Positions 26,332 through 33,368 of a DNA stretch of 64,000 bases are shown piece after piece. Position 1 is the first letter of the stretch; each line of letters starts with the position of its first letter. The DNA is from a virus (taxonomy: Duplodnaviria > Heunggongvirae > Uroviricota > Caudoviricetes). The stretch is taken from positions 93,752 to 157,751 of IMG/VR virus record IMGVR_UViG_3300037461_000469; one strand, given 5' to 3'. The notes below the pieces were generated by a model that worked only from the letters and a program-made list of their open reading frames with translations, was not told the origin of the DNA and did no database searches. Both the position numbers and the translations under genes were made by a program.

Positions 26332-28947
26332 TTACACTCCTAGTTTTTGCGTTACCGCTTTTTTCTTTTTGATTCGATTGACGATGTTCAACTTGCTCTT
26401 GTCAACCAACTGCGTCTTCGCTAGGAAGAGTTTGTAGTGCAAGTCCTCGTCAATCAGTTGGATTTTCTTCACCAAAAAATCCTGAAAATATTTGTCGTAA
26501 TCGATTTCGAATTTCAGGTTCAGTTCGGGGTCGTAGTGAATGATTTCTCGGTGGTCTTTGACGAACAGGATGTTCACCGTCTCGCCCCGCTTGATTGTCG
26601 TGTTGGAATTGCGGATGGCTCGGACGTGTTGAACCCCTGTGTCGTACTCTTCCATCCTCTTGCTCATCTTTTTGCGGATAACAAGGTCGATTGCCGACTG
26701 ACTCTTCAGGTCAACCTTGACCTTTTTGCAGAACGCCCTGAGTGTCTCCACGTCCCCGTAGTGGGTCAGGATGGTACTGTACAGGTTCATCAGCACCTTC
26801 TTGAAGAAAGTTGGTGTATCGTCCTTGACGGCTTCGAAGCCCTTGATGTACAGTCGCTCTTCCTTCAAGACCTTGCCTTTGAAGTACTTCAAAAATCCGA
26901 CTTGCTTTTTCTTTGCGGGAGCAAGCAGAAGTTTGGAAAACGACTTTTCGAACACGGTCTTCATAATGTGCGAGTCGAGAACCTTCCTGTTCTTGGTGAA
27001 TTTTTCCAAGAACTCAGGTAGTCCTTTGTTGAACAAATCCTGCAAGGCTTTCGACTTGTCGATGGTCTGCTCAAAACTGTCGGCTTCGATTTTGATAAAG
27101 ATGGAGTCCGTGTCTCCCGTCAAAATCCTGTAGCCCTGTTCTTCTGCGGCGTTCTTGACGTAGCGCAACGTTTCACGGGCAACGTAGGTAACGCAAGCCG
27201 CAACCCGTTGGTCGTAAAGGATAAATCCTCTGTAGCCTAGAACGCCGTACAGGGCGTTGCAAGTTGCCTTGAAGCACGATTCCATGTCGTTGACGATTTT
27301 AAACTCTTGCGAGTTCCCATCGAACTGCATTTTGCGCTGAGTAAGTTTGTCCCGTTCGTTAATCAGCAGTTGCGACAGTTGCGGAACCACACCACGCTTT
27401 TTCGTGGTGAACATGATTTTGCCGATTTTGATGTCGGTCTGCGGGTCGTAGTCCTTCAACTCTTCGATGATGGTCTCCTTCGAAAGATTGAGCGAGACCA
27501 TGATGGTCGGGTACAGGCGTGAGAAGTCGTACACCGAAACGTTTTCGAACAGCCCTGGCACGGTGTCCAACACCAACGCCCCTTCGAACGTGCTGTCCAA
27601 GTTCTGCTTGTGTTTCGAAGGGAACTTGAACTGCTTGAAGCGTTGGTGAATCAGCGTTTCCAAGAAGCGGCTGTTGAAGTAGACGTTTTCGTAGGCTTGC
27701 GGAGCAATCTTCTGATACAGCATCGGGAACTCGATAATTTTCTGCATCTGTGCGATTTTCTCGGTAAGGTAAACGTCCTGAACGTTGTACTTAATCAACT
27801 TGGTCAGGTCGTTCTCTTCCCACAACACGTCCACGCCTTCGTGTTCGATTTTCTTTTCGTTAAACAAGTGCTTGGCTACGGCATCCAACGTCCACGCAAT
27901 CGGCTTGTTCTCCACGATAATCCACTTGGCGTAACGAAGGTAGTCCCACAGGATTACTTCGTGGCAGTAGTAGGATTTTTCGCCGTCCTTGCCGATGCTC
28001 TCGTAGACTTCGGAAAGAAACGGCGTGAAGTCCACCTCCAACTTTTTGCTTCGGTGCAAGAGGTAGGGGACATCGAAGAAGTCGGCGTTCCAACCGCCTA
28101 GCAAGTCCACTTCCAACTTCGCCATCGCCGCAAAGAAGTGGGTGAGCATCTTGGCTTCGTCTTCGAACTCAAAGATTTTCTCCGTCTTGAACTGCGACTT
28201 GTCGTAGGTTTGGTCGTGTCGCTTCTTCAAAATCCACACGAAATTCTTGTCGTAGGTGTTGACGTAGGCCACGATGGAAACGATTGGCTCAGGCGTGTTG
28301 ATTGTGTCGAGCGACAGGTTCGTTTCGATGTCGAACGTGGCGTAGGTTAGCAGTCTCGTGTGGGCGATGTTCGGGTAGTTGTCGAAGTAGAACAAGTCCT
28401 TGGAGCGCAAGTGGTCTTCGTAGGTCTGCTCAAAGGTCTGATACTCTTTCGGCACTTTCTTCAACCGCTTGCCATCGTAAGAGAGGAACTCGCCGTCAGG
28501 GTCGGCAACGTACTTGATGTTCGCCTTGTGCGTGTTCCTAGCCTTGATTTTCTTGAAGTCGAGATTCCGATAAAAGTATGCCTTGTCCGTAACTCGGACG
28601 AGTGCGAAACGGGAGAAGTAGTTGTTCAACTTCTCCCGCAACTCCTTGATTTTGGTTGTGGCTTCCTTTTTCTCGGTCTTGTCGTAATCCTTGTAGTTTT
28701 TCAGAGAGACGAACATCTGCCCGTCTTGGTCTTTGAAAAACTTTCCAAAATCCTTGTCGGGGAATTTGCGGTAAAGCAAATTCGCTCCAAACAGAACAAC
28801 TAGGTTTGCGTCCAACCCTTTCGCATCAGCCTCAAAAACGTGGCTGTAGACTTGCGGGTTGAATTTTTTCAACAACTTCGTTTTGATGAAGTCATCGTTC
28901 TTCCCAAATTGTTCCTTCTCTGAAACGAAAATAATATGTTTAGACAT
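26332..28947 (-). CDS. Family B DNA polymerase with 3'-5' exonuclease (gp43 role)
   Basis: Exo DIETN, GWNADFFD, YNVQDV; Pol YDFSRLYP, KATCNALYG, GDTDS; no intein-sized insert. Confidence 0.95.
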   Translation of the reverse strand: MSKHIIFVSEKEQFGKNDDFIKTKLLKKFNPQVYSHVFEADAKGLDANLVVLFGANLLYRKFPDKDFGKFFKDQDGQMFVSLKNYKDYDKTEKKEATTKIKELREKLNNYFSRFALVRVTDKAYFYRNLDFKKIKARNTHKANIKYVADPDGEFLSYDGKRLKKVPKEYQTFEQTYEDHLRSKDLFYFDNYPNIAHTRLLTYATFDIETNLSLDTINTPEPIVSIVAYVNTYDKNFVWILKKRHDQTYDKSQFKTEKIFEFEDEAKMLTHFFAAMAKLEVDLLGGWNADFFDVPYLLHRSKKLEVDFTPFLSEVYESIGKDGEKSYYCHEVILWDYLRYAKWIIVENKPIAWTLDAVAKHLFNEKKIEHEGVDVLWEENDLTKLIKYNVQDVYLTEKIAQMQKIIEFPMLYQKIAPQAYENVYFNSRFLETLIHQRFKQFKFPSKHKQNLDSTFEGALVLDTVPGLFENVSVYDFSRLYPTIMVSLNLSKETIIEELKDYDPQTDIKIGKIMFTTKKRGVVPQLSQLLINERDKLTQRKMQFDGNSQEFKIVNDMESCFKATCNALYGVLGYRGFILYDQRVAACVTYVARETLRYVKNAAEEQGYRILTGDTDSIFIKIEADSFEQTIDKSKALQDLFNKGLPEFLEKFTKNRKVLDSHIMKTVFEKSFSKLLLAPAKKKQVGFLKYFKGKVLKEERLYIKGFEAVKDDTPTFFKKVLMNLYSTILTHYGDVETLRAFCKKVKVDLKSQSAIDLVIRKKMSKRMEEYDTGVQHVRAIRNSNTTIKRGETVNILFVKDHREIIHYDPELNLKFEIDYDKYFQDFLVKKIQLIDEDLHYKLFLAKTQLVDKSKLNIVNRIKKKKAVTQKLGV

Positions 28948-29521
28948 TTTCTAAATTTTTTCTTCTTGATGCGTAAGATGATATTGCTCGTTGTTTGGCC
29001 TTTTCAGGATGAGTTTGCCAAAATATTTGATTTTTCTCATTACGTTGTTTTAGTTTTTCAGGGTGATTTTTCCAAAATATTTTTTGTTTTTCCCCTCTAC
29101 TTTCTACTTCAATCGGATGAGTTTTATCGTAATATTTTTTTCTTTTACTTTGTTTAATTCGTTCTTCTAAATTTTTATAAAATATTTTTTTAGTTTTACT
29201 TATTTGTTGTTTCGTTATTTCGTGATGATGTTTGTTTTTTTGTCCCCCACTATCAAGATTATAACCATTGGGTGTGATTGTATTTAATTCTTTTATTAAA
29301 AAACTTTCTGTCCAATCTAAATCTTTTTCGGGACAAGAGAAGAAAATCCATTTGAAATTTTCAGTTCCATATTTTTTAATAGCACTATCAATCAAAGGAC
29401 AATATTTGTAAGTTTCGTGTTCATAAATTCTTTGTTTTAAATTTCTACTTGTTTGCCCAATATATTGTTTTCCGTTTTGTAAATTAATAACGATATAAAT
29501 AATTCCGCAATTCTTATCCAT
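28940..29521 (-). CDS. GIY-YIG homing endonuclease
   Basis: GIIYIVINLQNGKQYIGQT...R..EH...AIKKYG...GYNL; start set at the ATG after the GGGAGG RBS. Confidence 0.88.
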   Translation of the reverse strand: MDKNCGIIYIVINLQNGKQYIGQTSRNLKQRIYEHETYKYCPLIDSAIKKYGTENFKWIFFSCPEKDLDWTESFLIKELNTITPNGYNLDSGGQKNKHHHEITKQQISKTKKIFYKNLEERIKQSKRKKYYDKTHPIEVESRGEKQKIFWKNHPEKLKQRNEKNQIFWQTHPEKAKQRAISSYASRRKNLENV

Positions 29522-29525
29522 TCCA

Positions 29526-29617
29526 ACCCTCCCGTAGTCGAAAATAGTGTAGGTAATCTTGGGAAACGGGAGTTCCCAAGAAAAGGTGCTACCTTTCGTC
29601 CCTACACTATTATTTAT
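29526..29617 (-). ncRNA. Structured cis leader RNA, copy B
   Basis: Outer arms 29544-53/29601-10 (10 bp perfect); hairpin 29558-65/29573-80; loop CTCCCGT (minus) complementary to ACGGGAG at 29529-35; ATAAATA at 29611-17. Confidence 0.75.
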
Positions 29618-29843
29618 TGTCTTCAAACTGTTCTGTAGTAAAATAAAATCTGCGACAAGTGTAAGATTTAGGTAAAATTTCTTTAAAATATGAACAAGTG
29701 GAACAACAGGTACTTTTTAATTCTGGAAAATGGATTAATACAAATTCCATACCGTTGAGTTTAAAAAGACCCTTCTGCTTGGAGTCCATCTTGTCCACGA
29801 GTGGGCAAGGGTCATAAAGGCTTTCGTTTTTATTTTTAGCCAT
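29610..29843 (-). CDS. Small Cys-rich protein, possible divergent member of the adjacent paralog array
   Basis: CPLVDK...H...CCSTCSYF; own promoter motif at 29863-29873. Confidence 0.6.
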   Translation of the reverse strand: MAKNKNESLYDPCPLVDKMDSKQKGLFKLNGMEFVLIHFPELKSTCCSTCSYFKEILPKSYTCRRFYFTTEQFEDNK

Positions 29844-29863
29844 CGTTTTTCTCCTTACTTTAA

Positions 29864-30256
29864 TTATACCACAAACGGTTGCAAAACAGCGGAACCTGCG
29901 GAAGTTCCCGATACAAGGGTGGAATATTTATAACTTGTTGGGGTGTAATAGACGGTGTAGTTATCGGTGGTAATGTCTCCCCAATACGGCCCACCGCTTG
30001 TGTTCGGCGTAGTCGTGGTGATGATGTACGGATTGGAAGGTTGATGGGGTTGGGGTTGAGGTGGCGGCGTGTACGGAATATACGTCCACGGCGTAAGCAC
30101 GGATTGGTCGAAAAATCGGCAACTCTTGCAACACCCACACAACTCATAAGCCTCGTTATTATTCTTTTCCTGATGGCCTCGGCAGATGCCGTTGCGACCA
30201 TGCAGAATGAGTTTCAGTTTTTGCTTGTCAGAAAAGGGACATCCTTTTGGAATCAT
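29864..30256 (-). CDS. Array member 6: Cys/His module plus weak MCP-like tail
   Basis: MIPKGCPFSDKQKL...LH...C...CKSC; FDQSVL..TYIPYTP weakly like MCP FDSGILYCPYIP; AGGAGG RBS. Confidence 0.75.
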   Translation of the reverse strand: MIPKGCPFSDKQKLKLILHGRNGICRGHQEKNNNEAYELCGCCKSCRFFDQSVLTPWTYIPYTPPPQPQPHQPSNPYIITTTTPNTSGGPYWGDITTDNYTVYYTPTSYKYSTLVSGTSAGSAVLQPFVV

Positions 30257-30270
30257 TTCATGGTTCCTCC

Positions 30271-30480
30271 TTATTCTATTTTTATTGGATTACTCTCACT
30301 CGTTAAGAATTTTACCCAAGACTGCATCGCTTCATCCATCATTCTGTACTCGGCTGTCCAAGCACTAGAGTATGGGCAAGTTTTACAACGCAAAGGGTCA
30401 GCACCAAGAATGTTACATTTCCCCTTCAGGGTTGCTTCTAATTTTCCTTTGTTGTTCAGCAGACAAGTTTTAGGTATCAT
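30271..30480 (-). CDS. Array member 5: Cys module plus weak MCP-like tail
   Basis: MIPKTCLLNNKGKL...C...CKTC; SAWTAE...WVKFLTSE weakly like MCP ANWSQE...IVDFLSYQ; ATGA-coupled. Confidence 0.75.
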   Translation of the reverse strand: MIPKTCLLNNKGKLEATLKGKCNILGADPLRCKTCPYSSAWTAEYRMMDEAMQSWVKFLTSESNPIKIE

Positions 30481-30914
30481 ATTTTAAATATATCCCAAAT
30501 CCTTTTCCAAATGCTCGGCTTGGGTTTAACAACAGGCTTGGTTTCTTCAAGGTCATCTACTATCATCCAAGTAGGTGATATGCCGTTGTAGGCATTACTG
30601 TTAAGATTTAAAGAATGGGTGTGCATGGGCATCGATGTTTGACCTGACCAATAAGGAGAGGCGGCACTTGCTCCAGGTAATCCTAGTTGCGACCCACGCA
30701 TCGGTATATTCGGATTTGCTTGAATTGCTGCCATTAAATTCCCATACAACAGGTCGTGTTTCCTCTGCCGTTCTTCAAGAATCTGACAACCCGCACAATC
30801 ACAATCAAGGGCTGAATTTTGTGCTTCTTCTCTCATCAGAAATACGAAACAGTCGTGATGAAGGGTAGCCCACAACTTGTATTTATCACTTAGCGGACAT
30901 TTTTTTCCTAACAT
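30477..30914 (-). CDS. Array member 4: Cys/His module plus weak MCP-like segment
   Basis: MLGKKCPLSDKYKL...LHHDC...CAGC; RKHDLLYGNLMAA weakly like MCP EKYKTLYHAIVKA. Confidence 0.75.
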   Translation of the reverse strand: MLGKKCPLSDKYKLWATLHHDCFVFLMREEAQNSALDCDCAGCQILEERQRKHDLLYGNLMAAIQANPNIPMRGSQLGLPGASAASPYWSGQTSMPMHTHSLNLNSNAYNGISPTWMIVDDLEETKPVVKPKPSIWKRIWDIFKI

Positions 30915-31170
30915 TTTTCTTCCCTTTATAAACCCATTTCATTTTAAATATCGTTCCTACTGGACCCGCCATTGGCTGAACGTTGAAAATATCGTTGGCT
31001 ATCAGTTTCGGAATGGCTCTTCGTACAGCGGGGATTTTGAATTTGAGAGAGTAAGGACACTTCGCACAACATTCTTTCTCTCCGAAATGCTCTGCGGAGT
31101 ATTTGCAATCTCCGTGCATCGTTACGTAAAACTTGTCTCTGTCGCTGAGTGGGCATCCTTTGTTTATCAT
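30886..31170 (-). CDS. Array member 3: Cys/His module plus MCP residues 77-112 (Gol region)
   Basis: MINKGCPLSDRDKF...MHGDC...CAKC; IPAVRRAIPKLIANDIFNVQPMAGPVGTIFKMKWVY is 23/36 identical to this phage's MCP. Confidence 0.85.
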   Translation of the reverse strand: MINKGCPLSDRDKFYVTMHGDCKYSAEHFGEKECCAKCPYSLKFKIPAVRRAIPKLIANDIFNVQPMAGPVGTIFKMKWVYKGKKNVRKKMSAK

Positions 31171-31361
31171 TCTACTGCCCTTCTTATAAATTCGTTATCA
31201 ATTTCCTTTGCCAACTCTTCGCTCATTATTTTAACAAGTTCATCTTCTAGATTAAGGCTACATCCCTTTAAACAATTAGGATGGGTATGAAGGGTACACT
31301 CGTGGTGAAGGATTACGTAGAGTTTGTCTTTGTCGCTGAGAGGACAGTCTTTGCGAATCAT
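31167..31361 (-). CDS. Array member 2: Cys/His module plus MCP residues 240-267
   Basis: Start at MIRKDCPLSDKDKL (ATGA overlap at 31358-31361); SLNLEDELVKIMSEELAKEIDNEFIRRA is 14/28 identical to MCP. Confidence 0.82.
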   Translation of the reverse strand: MIRKDCPLSDKDKLYVILHHECTLHTHPNCLKGCSLNLEDELVKIMSEELAKEIDNEFIRRAVE

Positions 31362-31576
31362 TTTTTTGCCTTCATAATTTGAATCGGGATGTATGGAGTA
31401 TAAAATACTCCCGCATCCATAATATTTGCGAGAAAAGAACATCCATCACAACGGTGTCCTTTAGGCCAAACTGAAGAGTCAAGGCTATCCCATCCTTTTG
31501 TATAACCCCGACAACTATTGTGTAGGATTGACCATAGTTTTTCTTTATTACCAAAGGGACACGTCTTGGGTATCAT
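31358..31576 (-). CDS. Array member 1: Cys/His module plus MCP residues 399-414
   Basis: MIPKTCPFGNKEKL...LHNSC...CDGC; DAGVFYTPYIPIQIMK is 9/16 identical to MCP; ATGA-coupled to gp62-like gene. Confidence 0.82.
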   Translation of the reverse strand: MIPKTCPFGNKEKLWSILHNSCRGYTKGWDSLDSSVWPKGHRCDGCSFLANIMDAGVFYTPYIPIQIMKAKK

Positions 31577-31947
31577 TCATACCTCTGTTTAATCTCCTTC
31601 TTCTCTTCCTTCGTCAGCAACTCGGCGTAATCTTTCGCAACCTTCGTAGAAACTTTATAAACTTTCTTCAAATATTCAACCTCTATCAAGTTTACTTCCT
31701 TCGTCTTGGTTGACTTTATCCACCCTTTCGGATAGACCCCTTTGTAGAGGATGCAGAACAATTTGTACTGCGCTTCCTTCGGCAAACTCCAAAGCACATT
31801 CAGCAGATTGGCATACTTCTCGTACCCTGCGTAGTAGTAGAGCCGATTGAGTAAGTACGGCTGGAACTCCTTCATTTCGTCAGGGTTCAACGGTTCGCCC
31901 TGTTGAATCTGCTTTGTGAACCGAAAAGGGCTATTCGTGTTTTCCAT
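31573..31947 (-). CDS. Clamp loader small subunit, T4 gp62-like
   Basis: FQPYLLNR...AN.LN...QY...W.K...Y.VS.K.A..Y..LLT.E pattern; lies downstream of gp44-like. Confidence 0.75.
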   Translation of the reverse strand: MENTNSPFRFTKQIQQGEPLNPDEMKEFQPYLLNRLYYYAGYEKYANLLNVLWSLPKEAQYKLFCILYKGVYPKGWIKSTKTKEVNLIEVEYLKKVYKVSTKVAKDYAELLTKEEKKEIKQRYE

Positions 31948-32185
31948 TCCTACCTAATTTTATCACACGCACTTTGTAATCCTCAATCGTGCGCTCCCTG
32001 TTCTCAGGGGCGTAATAAAATTCAACGAAAGCCTGACAACCTGGGCAGATGCCGTGAAAATTGTTGACTTCGTTAAAGTTTACGATGTCGAAAGAACCTT
32101 CGCCGTCCTTCGTCTGAAATTGTGAGATTAACTGATTACAGGTAGGGCAGTTGATTTGAAAATTGACGTAATTATAAACACCCAT
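31931..32185 (-). CDS. Small Zn-finger phage protein
   Basis: MGVYNYV...CPTC...FQTKD...CPGC. Confidence 0.6.
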   Translation of the reverse strand: MGVYNYVNFQINCPTCNQLISQFQTKDGEGSFDIVNFNEVNNFHGICPGCQAFVEFYYAPENRERTIEDYKVRVIKLGRNGKHE

Positions 32186-32214
32186 TCTTACTCCTTCATT
32201 CCTACTTTATCGAA

Positions 32215-32499
32215 CTAAACAGTTGGTAGGACTCTCTTGATTATCCGTTTTTTCTTCTTTTTTGCCCCTAAAGGCATCTTGTCGATGGCTTGTTTTCCGT
32301 CTGCGGTTGCCGTGGGGAATCCTGCGCCTGCTAGGGTTTGTTCTTTTACATCCTTTTTCTCTTTCTCGGCTTTTTCTTTCTCGTCCGCTACCTTTTTCTT
32401 GTAGTCTTCCCATTCCTTATTTTTTTGGAAATGCTTTTGTAAAGCCCCTGCGCCGTATGACCCTTTTCGTTTGCGTTCGATTACTCTAAACTTTGCCAT
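32215..32499 (-). CDS. Small basic late protein
   Basis: 94 aa ORF; late motif at 32505-32511. Confidence 0.55.
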   Translation of the reverse strand: MAKFRVIERKRKGSYGAGALQKHFQKNKEWEDYKKKVADEKEKAEKEKKDVKEQTLAGAGFPTATADGKQAIDKMPLGAKKKKKRIIKRVLPTV

Positions 32500-32507
32500 A
32501 CTATTAT

Positions 32508-33368
32508 TTATTGTTTGAGGCGGTGCAGTTCGGCAACAAATCCCACGAAGTTAATTTCCTTGTCCACGCACAGAGCGTCCTGATAAGCGTACTTCGCCAA
32601 CAGGATTGCCTTCTGCGGGTCTTCCGTCCTTTCGAACAGGAAGCGATACAGGCCATCGTAATCCGTGCTGTGTCCCGCAAAGTACCGTTTCAATTCTACG
32701 ATGTTCCCACCCTTGATGATTTTCCAAATCTCTCCGAACGTCTCTTCGGGCAGTTCCAACTTCCCCGACATCGAATACCGCTGAAGGTAATTCAACGCCC
32801 TGCGCAAGTCTCCCCCGCACAGGCGGTAAACCGTATCTAGGGCTTCGGGTTCGTACTTAACCTTCTCCTTTTCAAGCACTCCTTTGAGGTACTTTAGCGT
32901 TTCCTCCTTGGTTGGCTTGGTGAAGTTAAACAGCGTACAGCGGCTTCGGATGGCTTCGCTAAATTTATAAAGATGATTGGTCGCAAAAATAAAACTTACT
33001 ACTTTGTGATACCTCTCAGTTATTTCTTTAAGGGCTTTCATCGCATCTGGAGATAAATTTTCACTTTCATCCATAAAAACTATTTTTCTCTTAGAATTAA
33101 ATGCCTTGACTTGGATGAAATCTTTTATTTGTCCACGAACAACATCAATTGACCTATCATCACTACCATTTAATCTTAAATATTCAGCGTCTAATTCTCG
33201 AATAAATATTAAGGCTGTAGTTGTTTTTCCGACACCTGGTGGACCGTAAAAAATTAGATTTGGAATAAACTTGGATTGTAAATATTGCTTAAAAGTATTT
33301 CGTTGTTCTTCCGAAAGTATCATTTCATCTAAATTTTTAGGTCTGTAAAATTCATTCCAAATTTTCAT
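32508..33368 (-). CDS. Clamp loader large subunit, T4 gp44 / RFC-like AAA+
   Basis: WNEFYRPK, GPPGVGKTT, NGSDDR.ID, DE, SRC motifs; start at ATGA overlap with endonuclease stop. Confidence 0.93.
   Translation of the reverse strand: MKIWNEFYRPKNLDEMILSEEQRNTFKQYLQSKFIPNLIFYGPPGVGKTTTALIFIRELDAEYLRLNGSDDRSIDVVRGQIKDFIQVKAFNSKRKIVFMDESENLSPDAMKALKEITERYHKVVSFIFATNHLYKFSEAIRSRCTLFNFTKPTKEETLKYLKGVLEKEKVKYEPEALDTVYRLCGGDLRRALNYLQRYSMSGKLELPEETFGEIWKIIKGGNIVELKRYFAGHSTDYDGLYRFLFERTEDPQKAILLAKYAYQDALCVDKEINFVGFVAELHRLKQ

Noticed and set aside
26437-28803. Long plus-strand ORFs opposite the polymerase, and likewise opposite MCP, portal, RNR, exonuclease, rnh and 57977..58825
   Set aside because: Expected from biased codon usage on the coding strand; no motifs or promoters.
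13252-28947. Stop-codon reassignment
   Set aside because: Core genes (MCP, portal, protease, PolB) are full length under the standard code and gene packing is tight.
29526-29617. Leader RNA as hammerhead or group I intron remnant
   Set aside because: Lacks the CUGANGA/GAAA hammerhead core and group I P7 elements; flanking genes are not split.
31361-31442. ORF-track N-terminal extensions (31442, 36065, 37201, 38108, 33392, 39322, 46600 starts)
   Set aside because: Internal starts with ATGA coupling, an RBS or a family-typical N-terminus fit better.
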